A DNA stretch of 63,784 nucleotides, filler included, from Octopus bimaculoides (GCF_001194135.2; 5 parts of 4 records of this genome joined end to end with filler, not necessarily neighbours in it), one strand, 5' to 3'; positions 1 through 12,447 are shown, counted from the first letter of the whole stretch. The notes: a model not told the origin generated them from the sequence alone. Translations and numbers: made by a program.

Positions 1-166
1 GTTTAAGAAACCATAAGAAAATTATGTGTTTGTTCTAAAATTTGAGATCACATAGACAGTATTTTACGTAGGATATGGGCAGTTCCCATGAGCACTATCT
101 TTTGAACTTCAACCATTTTGGGGTTTCCTGGTATCTGAGCTAGGTTGTAATCAGCCCGTTTCGCTG

Positions 167-170
<4 letters not shown>
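1..170 (-). mobile_element. R4/Dong-like RLE non-LTR retrotransposon, family 1, 5'-truncated 3' end
   Basis: The minus strand encodes MTAKRADYNLAQIPGNPKMVEVQKIVLMGTAHILRKILSM*, the QKxxLxGTAxILRK C-terminus of RLE LINEs. Near-identical to 46740-46853. Its 5' junction lies in an (AAT)n tract. Confidence 0.85.
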
Positions 171-263
<93 letters not shown>

Positions 264-320
264 TGATGATGATGACGATGATGATGACGACGACGACGAA
301 TGACGACGACGATGACAATG
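168..320. repeat. Compound trinucleotide microsatellite (ATT)n-(AAT)n-(GAT)n-(GAC)n
   Basis: Read directly from the sequence. Confidence 0.95.
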
Positions 321-324
321 ATAC

Positions 325-672
325 CAGGCTCTCATGACTTCTGACCATAACTGATTGGAAGTGTTAACATGTACATGTTTTGTGTTGGTATAAAAGATAG
401 GCTACAAAAAATATTCTTGCTGAATACCTCAGATATGCCTGTCAGTTACTTGACCTTAACGAATTGAGCGTGTCACTTAGTGGCTGACGACAGGGACCTC
501 TCTGATCACGAGCAGGAGTAGCGGAAGTGCATCATAGTCATGTGTTGCGAGGAATTCTTTCGAGTTTGAATAATTCATCTCTGGAAACATGGGTTTATCA
601 TCGTTAAACAATGCTTGTTCAGAGACCTTTTGAGCAGAATGAGCTACTCGACCTGAAGAAAATTCCAACATT
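325..672 (-). repeat. Probable interspersed repeat (SINE/LINE 3' portion)
   Basis: Non-coding, higher-complexity block resembling a common Octopus repeat from memory. No second copy in the window. Confidence 0.35.
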
Positions 673-825
673 TTGGGCGAAGGGGTAAGTCGATTACATC
701 GACCCCAGTGTTCTGCTGGTACTTATTTTATCGACCCTCAGAGGATGAAAGGTAAAGTTGATCTTGGCGACATTTGAACTCAGAACGTAGCGACGGGCGA
801 AATACTGATAAGCATTTCATCCGGC
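671..825 (-). mobile_element. tRNA-derived SINE family B, partial
   Basis: Reverse complement of the B consensus GTTCTGAGTTCAAAT...CTTTCATCC...GTCGATAAAATAAGTACCAG...CTGGGGTCGATGTAATCGACT, shared with more than 10 copies in the window. Confidence 0.85.
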
Positions 826-832
826 TTGTGTA

Positions 833-904
<72 letters not shown>

Positions 905-1124
905 TATATATGTGTACATATGTGTATATATATGCATATGTGCATATATGTGTGTATATGTGTATATATATATGCATATGTATGTATATATGTATGTATA
1001 TATATATATATATATGTACGTGTATATATATATATATATGCATATATATATATTCATATGTGCATATATATGCAGTATATCTGTATATACATGTGTGTAT
1101 GCACATGTATATATATATACATAT

Positions 1125-1505
1125 GGAGACGCAATGGTCCAGTGGTTAGGGCAGCGGACTCGCGGTCGTAGGATCGCGGTTTCGATTCCCAGACCGGGCG
1201 TTGTGAATGTTTATTGAGCGAAAACACCTAAAGCCCCACGAGGCTCCGGCAGGGGATGGTGGCGAACCCTGCTGTACTCTTTCACCACAACTTTCTCTCA
1301 CTCTTACTTCTTGTTTCTGATGCACCTGTATTTCAAAGGGCCAGCCTTGTCACACTGTGTTACACTGAATATCCCCGAGAACTACGTTAAGAGTACACGC
1401 GTCTGTGGAGTGCTCAGCCACTTGCACGTTAATTTCACGAGCAGGCTGTTCCGTTAATCGGATCAGTTGGAACCCTCGACGTCGTAAGCGACGGAGTGCC
1501 AACAA
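1125..1505 (+). mobile_element. tRNA-derived SINE family A, full length
   Basis: A box TGGTCCAGTGG, B box GGTTTCGATTCCC and CAA tail. High identity to 48400-48741. Confidence 0.9.
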
Positions 1506-1870
1506 TGAAGGTATAAAAGAGAGGAAATAGAAAGCTTCTGACAATAACGAAAGTTTTATAAAGCCTTTATATTTCAGGCGCAAAGGCCCACCTTCAGAAG
1601 AAAAAGAGTCTGTGAAATGTCCAGTTATGCAGGTTCCGTTAACCCATCCATATCCCCTCGTGTTATGTACCAGCAGCAGCAGTCATTCTCCAAGCGTAGG
1701 TGTAAACAAAATTCCAACTGTTGTTGTAGCTTACTCACCATCTGCAGGATGATCAACTGTTGCTGTAGGCTACTCAGCATTTGTAGGTTGATGTGACGGC
1801 GTTATCTTAACGTCACCCTCCAAATGTTGCTCGGACAAAAAAATAATAAATAAAGGAAAGACAATTGTTT

Positions 1871-2084
1871 ATTTCTTTATTGCCCTCAGGGGGATAAACA
1901 TAGAGGGTACAAACAAGGACAGACAACGGGATTAAGTCAATTACATCGACGCCAGTGCGTAACTTCTACTTATTTAATCGATTCCGAAAAGATGAAAGAC
2001 AAAGTCGACCTCAGAACGTAACGGGAGACGAAATATCACTAAGCACTTCGCCCGGCGTGCTAACGTTTCTGCCAGCTCGCTGCC
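1871..2084 (-). mobile_element. SINE family B (B2 tail)
   Basis: Head GGCAGCGAGCTGGCAGAAACGTTAGCACGCCGGGCG on the minus strand. Same tail as 35520-35739. Confidence 0.85.
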
Positions 2085-2209
2085 ATTTAAAAAAAGGATA
2101 TTGTTGCTCAGTTATACGCCTTGAAGAAAAATTTTCAGGTTAAAATGCTGTAGCCTCAGGNNNNNNNNNNGTGCGCGTGTGTGTGTGTGCGCGCGCGCAT
2201 GTGTGCACG

Positions 2210-2370
2210 TGTGTGTGTGGCTGAGTAGTAAGAAGTTGGCTTCCCTATCACATGGTTCCGGGTTCAGTCCCACTGCATGGCACCTTCGGCAAGTGTCTTC
2301 TACCATAGCTCCGGGAAGTCCAAAGTCTTGCATGTAGATTTGGTAGACGGAAAGTGAAAGAAGCCGAGGT
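2210..2370 (+). mobile_element. SINE family C, 5' half
   Basis: GTGGCTGAGTAGTAAGAAG...CACATGGTTCCGGGTTCAGTCCCACTGC..GGCACCTTCGGCAAGTGTCTTCTAC...GATTTGGTAGACGGAAA, running into (GT)n. Confidence 0.85.
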
Positions 2371-2409
2371 ATATGTGTGTGTGTATGCGTGTGTGTGTGT
2401 GCGTGCGTA

Positions 2410-2473
<64 letters not shown>

Positions 2474-3251
2474 TGTGTGTGTCTGTGTGTGTGTCTGTGT
2501 GTGTGTCTGTATACATATATACACACGCGCAAAACTATATATACATTGATATTCACACCTACATTCATGTATCTGTGTACACATACATACATATGTACAT
2601 GCAGTATAAACTGGCTTTTTCCATTGGTGTGAAACTGGAAAACATAAAACCTGGAAAATAAAGCTGCATACACTTATAACGACATATGTACACGTCCACA
2701 ACTGGAGCAGTGCTTTTCCGTTTCCTAACTGAGGTTGTTCTTGTATTTCTGTTACTTAAGTTTACATCATAAAAATATCTCAACCGTTTATAATATAAAA
2801 TAGTTTCTGTAGACACATTAACATGTGATAATGAGTTAGTGACTACATGTTATAATGTATTACGTATTTTACATCTACTCTCTTTGAAATTATAATTTTG
2901 GGTGGATTTACACTAATCGTTTATGTCTCCTTTGACATAAGTTTGTGTGTGCGTGCGTGTGTGTGTGTATGTATTTGTGTGTATTGATTTATGGATATTC
3001 TCTCGGTGCAGCAGATACTTCAGTAAACTAGTTCTAACTAGTTCAAACTAACTCGACCTACATACAATTTATATAGACATTTTTTGCACGATACATAGAT
3101 ATATGTACACTTCTTTGTTACCCTTGATATCTCGGGTGTGTGTGTGTCTGTGTGTCTCTGTGTCTGTGTCTTTGTATGTGTCTGTGTATGTATATGTATG
3201 TTTGTATATTTTATATATACATATATACATGTGCGTATATATGTATACATG

Positions 3252-3282
<31 letters not shown>

Positions 3283-3415
3283 NNNNNNNNNNNNNNNNNN
3301 NNNNNNNNNNNNNNNNNNNNNNNNNNNNNNNNNNNNNNNNNNNNNNNNNNNNNNNNNNNNNNNNNNNNNNNNNNNNNNNNNNNNNNNNNNNNNNNNNNNN
3401 NNNNNNNNNNNNNNN

Positions 3416-3750
3416 GCCTTTAGTCGAGCAAATCGACCCCAGGACTTATTCTTTGGAAGCCTAGTACTTATTCTATCAGTCTCTTTTGCCGAACCGCTAA
3501 GTTACGGGGACATAAACACACACCAGCATCGGTTGTCAAGCGATCTTGTAGGAGTACAAACACAGACATACAAACACATACACACATACATATATACATA
3601 TATACGACAGGCTTCTTATAGTTTCCGTCTACCAAATCCACTCACATGGCTTTGGTCGGCCCGAGGCTAGAGTAGAAGACACTTGCCCAAGATGCCACGC
3701 AGTGGGACTGAACCCGGGACCATCTGGTTGTTAAGCAAGCTACTTACCAC
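3416..3750 (-). mobile_element. SINE family C with internal microsatellite
   Basis: Collinear with 31930-32332: head, internal (TA/CA)n, tail. Confidence 0.9.
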
Positions 3751-3821
3751 GTATGTGTCTGGTTGTGTGCGTATGGATGCATGCATGCGTGTGTATCAGC
3801 ACTACTGTACGGTTTAAAAGT

Positions 3822-4160
3822 GAGGGCGCATGGCATAGTGGTTAAGGTGTTGCACTCACAATCGCGAGATCATGATTTCAATTTTTACACCAGGTGCTGC
3901 GCTGTGCTCTTAAGCAAAACACTTTATCTCACGTTGCCCTGTGACCATTTCGACACCTGACGTGTGGTGCACCGTGAACCTGTTCAGGTAACGTCGATTT
4001 GATGGAAAGAGTGAGCTAATGTACGGTGCATAAGATTGATATAAATAAATCATTTGTGCGGGTTGTTCAGCAAGAAATTGCAGAACCATCTTTCTGGGAC
4101 CACGGCAGACTACCATTATCATACGGTTTGCAACAGACGCAGTGTTTGAATCCAGCGAGC
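3822..4160 (+). mobile_element. tRNA-derived SINE, family D head with divergent tail
   Basis: GGCGCATGGCATAGTGGTTAAGGTGTTGCACTC...GCAAAACACTTTATCTCACGTTG matches 9975 and 26334. Confidence 0.7.
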
Positions 4161-4189
4161 GATGAAACAAGTTTTTTTTTCTGCCGCCA

Positions 4190-4204
4190 TCATCATCATC
4201 ATCG

Positions 4205-4263
<59 letters not shown>

Positions 4264-4450
4264 TTCTTCTTCTTCTTCTTCTTCTTCTTCTTCTTCTTCT
4301 TCTTCTTCTTCTTCTTCTTCTTCTTCTTCTTCTTCGTTTCCCCTTCTTCTTCCTCTTCTTCTTCTTCTTCTTCATCTTCCTTTTCTTCTTCTTCTTCTTC
4401 TTCTTCTTCTTCTTCTTCTTCTTCTTCTTCTTCTTCTTCTTCTTCTTCTT
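4190..4450. repeat. Compound (CAT)n-(CTT)n microsatellite
   Basis: Read directly from the sequence. Confidence 0.95.
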
Positions 4451-5031
4451 GTATATGATAGGTAGGGAGACAATTATTAATTGTAACGATCGTATGAAAA
4501 AATAAATACTAGGTGGTGAAACATAATTTTATTCGGTTACCCAGAATCAAACTGATTGAGACTGCCAGTATCTTTGATTAATTGGGCGGAGCCGGGATCT
4601 TCTGACTGGTTAACATAAATTACGCGCTGACGTGATGTTAGTACGGTAAAAATCAGACCACTCTGACGGAAGTTATAATTTAAAATAAGTAAAATAACGA
4701 AACTATGAATTTAAGACCATGGGCATAAAATCAAAAGGAAATAGTAGAGTCAGTGGTATCACTGGATAGAAAATTGGAGCAAAGCATGGCAAATAACATA
4801 TTTGATTTGATACACTCAAGCACCACCATGCACCCTTACGTACCCATATATATGATTTCTACATATGTGGTTATCTTCCCGAAGTGCATACACATTTACA
4901 TGTGCAACTGTTAATAATGCACGGTAGCGATTAAAGTAGGTGAATCATGAATAATGGGTGAATAATGAATAAATAAAATGAAACCTTTTTTATTGATCCG
5001 TACTTATTATCACATGGAACGTAACAGGGTA

Positions 5032-5245
5032 CATTGGTTCTCAACCGGAGTCCATGAGGCCCTTGGGGGTCCATGCAAAAGTTTGTTCTTAAAATTTATG
5101 TGCAATAAATTGGTAATACTCCTATAATGCACAAATTATTTTAATTTTTTTATACAATTCCTAATAGTATTCAGTTATGAAAATATGACTTTTTAAACAT
5201 CCAAGTGGTCCATAGGTAAAAAAAAAAAATGGTTGAGAACTACTG
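5032..5245. mobile_element. hAT (Charlie-like) MITE
   Basis: TIRs CATTGGTTCTCAACC / GGTTGAGAACTACTG resemble the CAGTGGTTCTCAACC hAT terminus. The 8-bp TSD is not preserved. Confidence 0.7.
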
Positions 5246-5999
5246 ACTTAGCATATATTTCTACATACATGTCTATTGCTTATCTCACTCACGTATACTC
5301 GACTTCGACACACTATCACATATACTTACGATTGTGAGCAGTGCCCAGTCAGCAGATACATTTCTACTATGTATCCATAAACATATATATGCATGCACAT
5401 ATACTTATATATATGATATGTTTACTTGTGTTATCTCAGTTTGTCTGTTGGTCGAGCATTTACATATGCATTTAGTTAGTAACCTCATTTGTACCCTCGC
5501 TCCCCCACCCGCACGATAGGAAAACAACTCTGGATACGAGGTTTAACTGGGTAAAAATGGAGTACAACAAAACAAAAATCCAAAACACATAAAGTGATGT
5601 GGGAGTTATACAAAACTATTTAATGGTTAGCCAGGGTATACAGCAAACTGTTGAGAAGGGCTAAAGTATTTTACTGAGGTTACCGCAAATTTCATGGGTT
5701 TACGTAAACCGTTATATAAAGGCGCTGCTACTCACATGGGTTTAAAAGAGCACATAGATGGAAGTGGACTTAAGGAATCATCGCCATATTGCAATGACTG
5801 AGGTCTACTCTGTAAGGCAGGCACAATAGTCTAAGTAACATTTTCATACTCAGGGATAGAGAAGTCTTTGGCTTTTTGAGATAGACCAAATATTTGTCCA
5901 CGAATTACCTGTCGACGTCATCCTATGGTTTTTCTGAGTTGTCTTGATCTATCATTGATAGTCGCTCACAATGTTAGTTGCAGTTTTGTGTGTGTGTGT

Positions 6000-6035
<36 letters not shown>

Positions 6036-6154
6036 GCTTATGTTTGTTTGTATGTATGTATGTATGACTGAAGTAGAGCGGTTAAGGGCTTGTTAAAACT
6101 TAACAGATAGATTTAGCCAGCCACCCAGCTCGCCAGACAGACTGACAGACAAAC

Positions 6155-6214
<60 letters not shown>

Positions 6215-6973
6215 GTACACACATACATATATGCGTGTGTATACATGTATTTATGCGTGTGTGTGTGTATTTATACTAATTTTTCGCACACTCTCTCCCG
6301 GCTGGCACTCTCACCTGCCAATAGGATCCTACCGTCCCGTGGCCCAATATTCTACCCCACAACTGATATTACGGAAGTTGTCCATCTCTCAGAGTACCTA
6401 CCACGTCAGCTAAAATTTGGAAAATTTTGTCTAAACGCAGCCACCCTGAAGTTATTGGCTTCCACTTATCACATGGCAGAGACACTTCACCCTACTTATT
6501 ACCCGCTTCTTAATGCCTCAGTAATAATCTCTGAAATATAAATAACTTTTCTAATGGAAAAATAATACGTCTGCTTTTTAATGATATTCTTATTCCAGAC
6601 TGTAAACATTGCATTTCAGAAACTAGTTTGCATGTCTTCAGATATTCAATGCTTTGGTTATGATCTATAAGAGCGTTGTGCAGATGATATGTGAAGCAAA
6701 AGCTGTCAATTTAAATGTTATAACATTTAGATTATGTATTACTTACAAATTCTAAAATACTGAAGGCCTGATATAATATATATTCCAACCGTGATTACTT
6801 TGCCTTTCATTTTCAGATAGAGTAAATCAAAATCGAGAAGTAAAATAACCCGTGTGTCTTTACAATAAGACTATAGGCTTTGAGTTGAGAGGCGTTCGTC
6901 TACAGTCATTAGCAGATTAAGCGAACATATAGAGACTCAACCGTTGTTTCAGTATTAGAATTGGAAAGTTAAA

Positions 6974-7480
6974 GCGGCGAGGTTTTAGCACGCCAGGCAA
7001 TATGCTTAGCTGCATTTCATCCGTCTTTACGTTCAAACTCCACCGAGATCGACTTTATTTTTCATTCTTTCTGGGTTGATAAAATAAGTATCAATTCAGC
7101 AATCAACTACCCCCACCCTAAAATTCAAATCCAGCCGAAGTGAACTTTGTCTTGCATCCTTCCATGTTCGAGAAAATGAAGTCCAATCAAACACTGCAGC
7201 AGCATAATTTTCCCCAACCAGATGTCTGACCTTGTGCTTGAGTTAGAAATTATTTTCAGAGAGATGGAGTAGCAAAAGATTTCGGAACTACTGTAAAGAT
7301 GCTTTTCAGTAGTTTTATGTCTTTTAATGTTAAGTTCAAATTCCACCCGAGTCAGTTTTACTTTTAATTCTTCTGGGGCTTGATAAAATAAAATATCAAA
7401 ACAAGAACTGAAGTCGAGATAACCGATAATTCTCCTCGTCCAAAATGTATAACCATGCGCCTCTTGATTAAATTCATATC
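6974..7480 (+). mobile_element. Cluster of three decayed SINE B copies in tandem
   Basis: GTTCAAA(C/T)TCCACC...CTTT..TTCATTC...GATAAAATAA recurs at about 6974, 7125 and 7330. Confidence 0.7.
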
Positions 7481-7689
7481 GTAGAAGATGGTGCTTGACA
7501 TCATAATCAGTACAGAGACTGACTCAATACACTACAGTATTTAATTTCGTCCCTTTATATCCTGACTTCACTACTCACCGTGGTCGTCCTGATATTTTGT
7601 CCATCCAAGACCAATAAACCATGTACTATTTAAATATTATGATTAACTAAACCCGTCCTTCATATGTAACTCACTGAAACATATTGGTT

Positions 7690-7895
7690 TTAAATTGTGA
7701 TACATGGTCAGCAACTTCGAGGGAGTGGTTAAGTCGATTACATTGGCCCCAGTGTTCAACGAGTACTTCATTTATCGATCCCGGAAGATGAAAGGCAAAA
7801 TCGACCTTTGAGTATTTGAATTTGGAACGTATATTCGGAAGAAATGCCGGAAGGCATTTTTCCAGTTCGAAAACGATTCTGCCAGCTCGCCGCCG
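7690..7895 (-). mobile_element. SINE family B (B1 tail)
   Basis: Ends CTGCCAGCTCGCCGCC, the reverse complement of the head. Confidence 0.85.
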
Positions 7896-8371
7896 TAACT
7901 CTAAAAAATATAAGAAATTATTACGGTTAACTTAATGAAATGGCGATTGTTTAAAGTAGGTGTTTAAATCATGCCAGAATTGACCTTGCCTTTCATCTTT
8001 CCAAGTTCGAGAAAATTATTACTAAGCAACTATAAGAGTTGATAAAATTGTCTAAGCTTCTTTTCTAAGAATTTCTAATTTTATGCTATGATAAATCGTT
8101 ACAATTATAGTGTTGTGTCATCGAAGATGATCGAGATTTCTGGATTTCTTCCAAGCAATATCATGTTAGCTTCTCTTTATGCTATCTTGAAATGCTGTTA
8201 GGGGGAGCTGTGGAGTAAAAGTAAAGAAATTATTAACCACAGATTATGAAGATCTTGTGACCTGTCTCAACTAACTAGTTAGAGAATATCATCCTTCCGA
8301 ATTTTGAAATACTGTAGTGATTTTTTATATGTTAAAATGTATCTGGTGAACAAAATAAGATCGTTAATTTC

Positions 8372-8582
8372 TTAACCTTTAGTATTCAGATTACCCCAGC
8401 TTATTTATTCACATTGTTTTGAACTAATCATGCATTATCTCATAGCTTTGATATTTCAATGACGTGATTGTTTAGTATTAGAATGACATTGTAGGGTAGG
8501 TGTGAAAGCATCTGGCGGGTTTGAACATAAAGCAGATAGAATATTTGGGTCTAATATGGCTATTTAAGAGCTAAAGGGATAA
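8372..8582. mobile_element. piggyBac-type MITE
   Basis: TTAA-CCTTTAG ... CTAAAGGG-ATAA: TIR with a TTAA-like target site. Confidence 0.65.
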
Positions 8583-8825
8583 ATAATACTTATTCAGTTT
8601 TGTTTATGGATTAGTGATGCTGTTTTCAATCGAGACATTCTTCAAAGCGTTTAAGTTCTATCTACTTTTTGTACAAACCGCCAGTTCTAAGAATAGCAGT
8701 GTCGTCGCGTAATGATTAACGCATGTTGTTGCATAATACATCTTTGTTATAAACCATACGCAAAAGGAGACGAAAAAGTATTTCCTGTGAAAGGTGTCGT
8801 AAGAAACGGCTGTTCAGAAATCATA

Positions 8826-9050
8826 GTCCCTTTTGATACCAACCCGCATAAAACCATCCTAGGTTCTATTATGCAAGGTTCCATGTTTAAAGTGAACTAA
8901 AATAAAACCTTCCATCAAAACTTCATGTTTAATTTGTTTCAGACACCGGTTTAGTAATGACAGTTTTATGTTACTAGTTTCAAAGTAATTTTCAAAATTA
9001 ACTAAAACGGAGGCTGTGTATGTCAACAGAAATATGGTAACAAAAAAGAT
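8826..9050. mobile_element. Second, decayed piggyBac-type MITE
   Basis: CCCTTTTGATACC ... GGTAACAAAAAAG imperfect TIRs. Confidence 0.5.
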
Positions 9051-9184
9051 AGCAACTAAGTTACGTTTATTTTCATATTTAAAACTTATCGCTCCACAAG
9101 TGACATAATGTTCACTATATTTCTAATGCTCACCATATTTCCGGTTTTTATTAACAGATTTACTTAAAGGTATGTGTGTGTGTG

Positions 9185-9233
<49 letters not shown>

Positions 9234-9399
9234 CATGTTGACAATTCAGGTTTTAATCTTTCTTTTCATCAAAATTAATGATTTCTATTTCTCTTGTGTC
9301 CTTGAAATTGCTTCTCTTACTTTGAAAAAAATTTTTTAGTAGATCAACAGGAATGTTGCAAAGTTCTACATTCCACAAACATATTCCAAATGGCATGTT

Positions 9400-9740
9400 G
9401 TTTGGAAGAAACAGTCAATGGACTGCGATCATTCTGGAGCACCGCTTTGAAGGGTTTTAGTCGAACAAATCGACCCCAATACTTATCTTCTTTTTAAAGT
9501 CTGGTACTTATGCCATCGACCGAACATCTAAGTTACGGAGACATAAACAAACCATCACTCGTTGTCAAATGGGTGAGAGGGATACAAACACAGATACACA
9601 CGCATACACAGAGTTCCTTCTACGAAATTCACTCACGAGGCGTTGGTCGGCCCAGAGCTATAGTAGAAGACGATTGCTCAAGGTGCCGCGCAGAGATACT
9701 GAAAACGAAACTACATGGTTGTAAACTGAGTCTGTTAACC
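9400..9740 (-). mobile_element. SINE family C, decayed
   Basis: Collinear with 31930-32332. Confidence 0.8.
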
Positions 9741-9974
9741 AATTACTTCAAACCAACAGACTTAATAAGTTTTGGCTCGCAGTAGTTTAAATCATTCACA
9801 GTATTTGTTGCTGAAATTTCAATAAGATTTCAACGGAGAAAGTAGAGGATGAGAATTAGATACTGAAGGATGTTTGCTCCGAAACCCAATCGTTTCTGAC
9901 TCTTCCAATGTATCATTTGTGATCACATCACCGTAGACAAAAACCCGTTCTGAGCCGAACTTTGGTTCGAAAGT

Positions 9975-10216
9975 GGAGGCACATAGCCTAGTGGTTAGGG
10001 AGTTGGACTCCTGATTGTAAGATTGTGGTTTCGATTGCCGGACCAGACGACGCGTTGTGTTCTTGAGCAAAACACTTCATTTCACGTTGCTCCAGTCCAC
10101 TCAGCTAGCAAAAATGAGTAATCCTGCGACGGACCGGCTTCCCTTTCCAGGTGGAGAACTTATACGCCATGGAAACCGGGAAACTGGCCCTTAAGAGTCG
10201 GCATGACACCAGAAGG
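9975..10216 (+). mobile_element. tRNA-derived SINE family D
   Basis: A box TAGCCTAGTGG, B box GGTTTCGATTGCC. Homologous to 12860-13045 (minus) and 26334-26540. Confidence 0.85.
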
Positions 10217-10346
10217 TAGCTTTTTTGTTCGAAACCTCACTAGATCATTAGAACTAAATATTTGGATCCACTTCTCTCGGTTTTCTATCTACCTTAAACT
10301 ACTCTGCTATGAGGTGAAATGAATAAATAACACAGAGCAGATTTTA

Positions 10347-10455
10347 TATTGGTTTCAAATTTTGGCACAAGGCCAGTAATTTCGGGGGAGGGGCTAAGTC
10401 GATTACATCGAACCCCGATAGGATAAAAGGCAAAGTTGACCTCGGTGAAATTTGA
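10347..10455 (-). mobile_element. SINE family B, 3' part
   Basis: TATTGGTTTCAAATTTTGGCACAAGGCCAG is the reverse complement of the B1 tail. Confidence 0.85.
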
Positions 10456-10479
10456 AAAAACAGGTGCTATAGAGATAAA

Positions 10480-10697
10480 GGTGGCGAGCTGGCATGCTCG
10501 TTAGCACACCGGGTAAAATGCTTAGTAGAATTTCGTCCGTCTTTACGTTCTGAGTTCAAATTCCGCCGAGGCCGACTTTGCCTTTCATCCCTTCAGGGTC
10601 GATAAAATAGGCACCAGTTAATCACTGGAGGGGTTGATGTAATCGACTCACCCCTCCCCCGAATCTGCTGACTTTGTGCCAAAATTTGAAACCAATA
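10480..10697 (+). mobile_element. SINE family B (B1 tail), full length
   Basis: GGTGGCGAGCTGGCATGCTCGTTAGCAC ... GTGCCAAAATTTGAAACCAATA. Confidence 0.9.
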
Positions 10698-11537
10698 TTA
10701 ACGTAAGGATCCTATCGAATTGCATAGAATTACAAATATCTTCATTAAACGTACATTTTATATCACAACTCACATCAGCATTTTAAAAAATCCATTTAAC
10801 AAAATCTGAAGTGTTTGAATCTTTTGCATATTATCGACATTATTATCCTCGAGACGGATGGATATTCACGAAACTAAATCTTTTAAGACGGTCGATAAGT
10901 TTTAGAAATAATACTTTCATATTATTCAATCCATGAAACTCGGTCTTTATTGAAATAATGGAATTCATGCTTACGAAATCGTATACTTAAATGTATTTTA
11001 CGAAGCCAAATCCTCGCACCAGGAGCTGGGAATCTTGTAATAATGCAATATCATTGTATAGAAAATTTGCTCGTTCTTATTTTAATAATTAATTAAAATC
11101 AAGGGCTCTCTCCATCAGCAATCGCTGCCAAAAGTTTCAATTTCCAGTTTTCTTCTTTATATATATTTTGTGTTTTGTAACGAAGCTTGATTTCCTGTTT
11201 AATTTTATGATATAATGGAATGCTTGTTCTCGTCCGGCAGTTAATTGCTGCCTATCAGATGTAAACTCTGAGCAATTTTAGTAGAGTTCTGTGCTATTCG
11301 TTGTCATTGTTGTTGTTTTCTCCCTCTTTCTGTTCTCACTATTTTCTAAGAGAAAGAAATTCAGATGTTTTTAAAATATCAAAAAAAGAAATATTAATAT
11401 GTTGAGATCGGATTGCTGGTGCTTCTCTGCTTTCTCAAATGAAGATATCAATACGTGTACAGAGGTATGAAGAAATGACAGTGATGAATGTTTATATTTA
11501 TACTTAATGTCATAGCTTAACATTATAGACACGCTTA

Positions 11538-11757
11538 AGGCGGCGAGTTGGCAGAACTGTTAGCACGCCAGGCAAAATGCTTAGCAGTATTTCGTCTGTC
11601 TTTACGCTCTGAGTTGAGTTTAAATTACGCCAAGGTCGACTTTACCTTACATCCTTTCGAAGTCAATAAAATAAATACCTGTTAAGTACTGGGGTCGGTG
11701 TAATCGACTGTCTCCCTCTCCAGAACTTGCTGGCCAAGTGCCAAAATTTGAAATCAA
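11538..11757 (+). mobile_element. SINE family B (B1 tail), full length
   Basis: Collinear with 10480-10697. Confidence 0.9.
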
Positions 11758-12414
11758 CACTATAGACATGGTTTGGTAGAGTTGCTAGAGATACTGAATT
11801 GTCAGTCAGAGGATCGTATCATATCATGCTTGTGACTAAATCATTTTTCACATGATTTTCTACACCTATCTTCCAAAAATTGCCTCCAGTAACAATGTGT
11901 GGCAATAAGAATCGGCAGAACGTTAAAAATTTAAGTTTTTGTTTTTTTTCTTCAGAATAATTTGGAATGGGATAGCTATGTTTGCTACATGACAATGGAG
12001 TTGTCAACGGCTTGCTTTCTACCATATAGAATATGGAACTGTCCACAATGTTGTGGTTGCAGAAATAAGGCAAATTTAGGAAAAAAGAGTATGTGTACAT
12101 ATAGACATTTATGGTAACTGTTTAAAGTCAGAAAAGTAGGTAATAAACAGTATATTAAGTTTCCATATATACCAAAGAATAATGGCTAATATAATTCGGT
12201 CTGAAAACAAAGTAGAATAAATGTCAATTCTACTTTCCTCGGAGAAACTCCCAATCTTTTCTATTTCCTATTTAATTCCTTCTTTATAAACATTCCTTTT
12301 TTCTGCATCAGCTTCACTTCCACCATTCGTTATTACAGCTTACCACATTTCAGCTCCGATATACTTTTATAACAAAACTCCTATTCAGTCAAGAACACAC
12401 AATACATACATACA

Positions 12415-12447
<33 letters not shown>

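Noticed and set aside
1125-1200. tRNA genes at SINE heads (also 9975, 26334, 36040, 48400)
   Set aside because: They have A/B boxes but no complete cloverleaf or acceptor stem, and they continue into shared SINE bodies.
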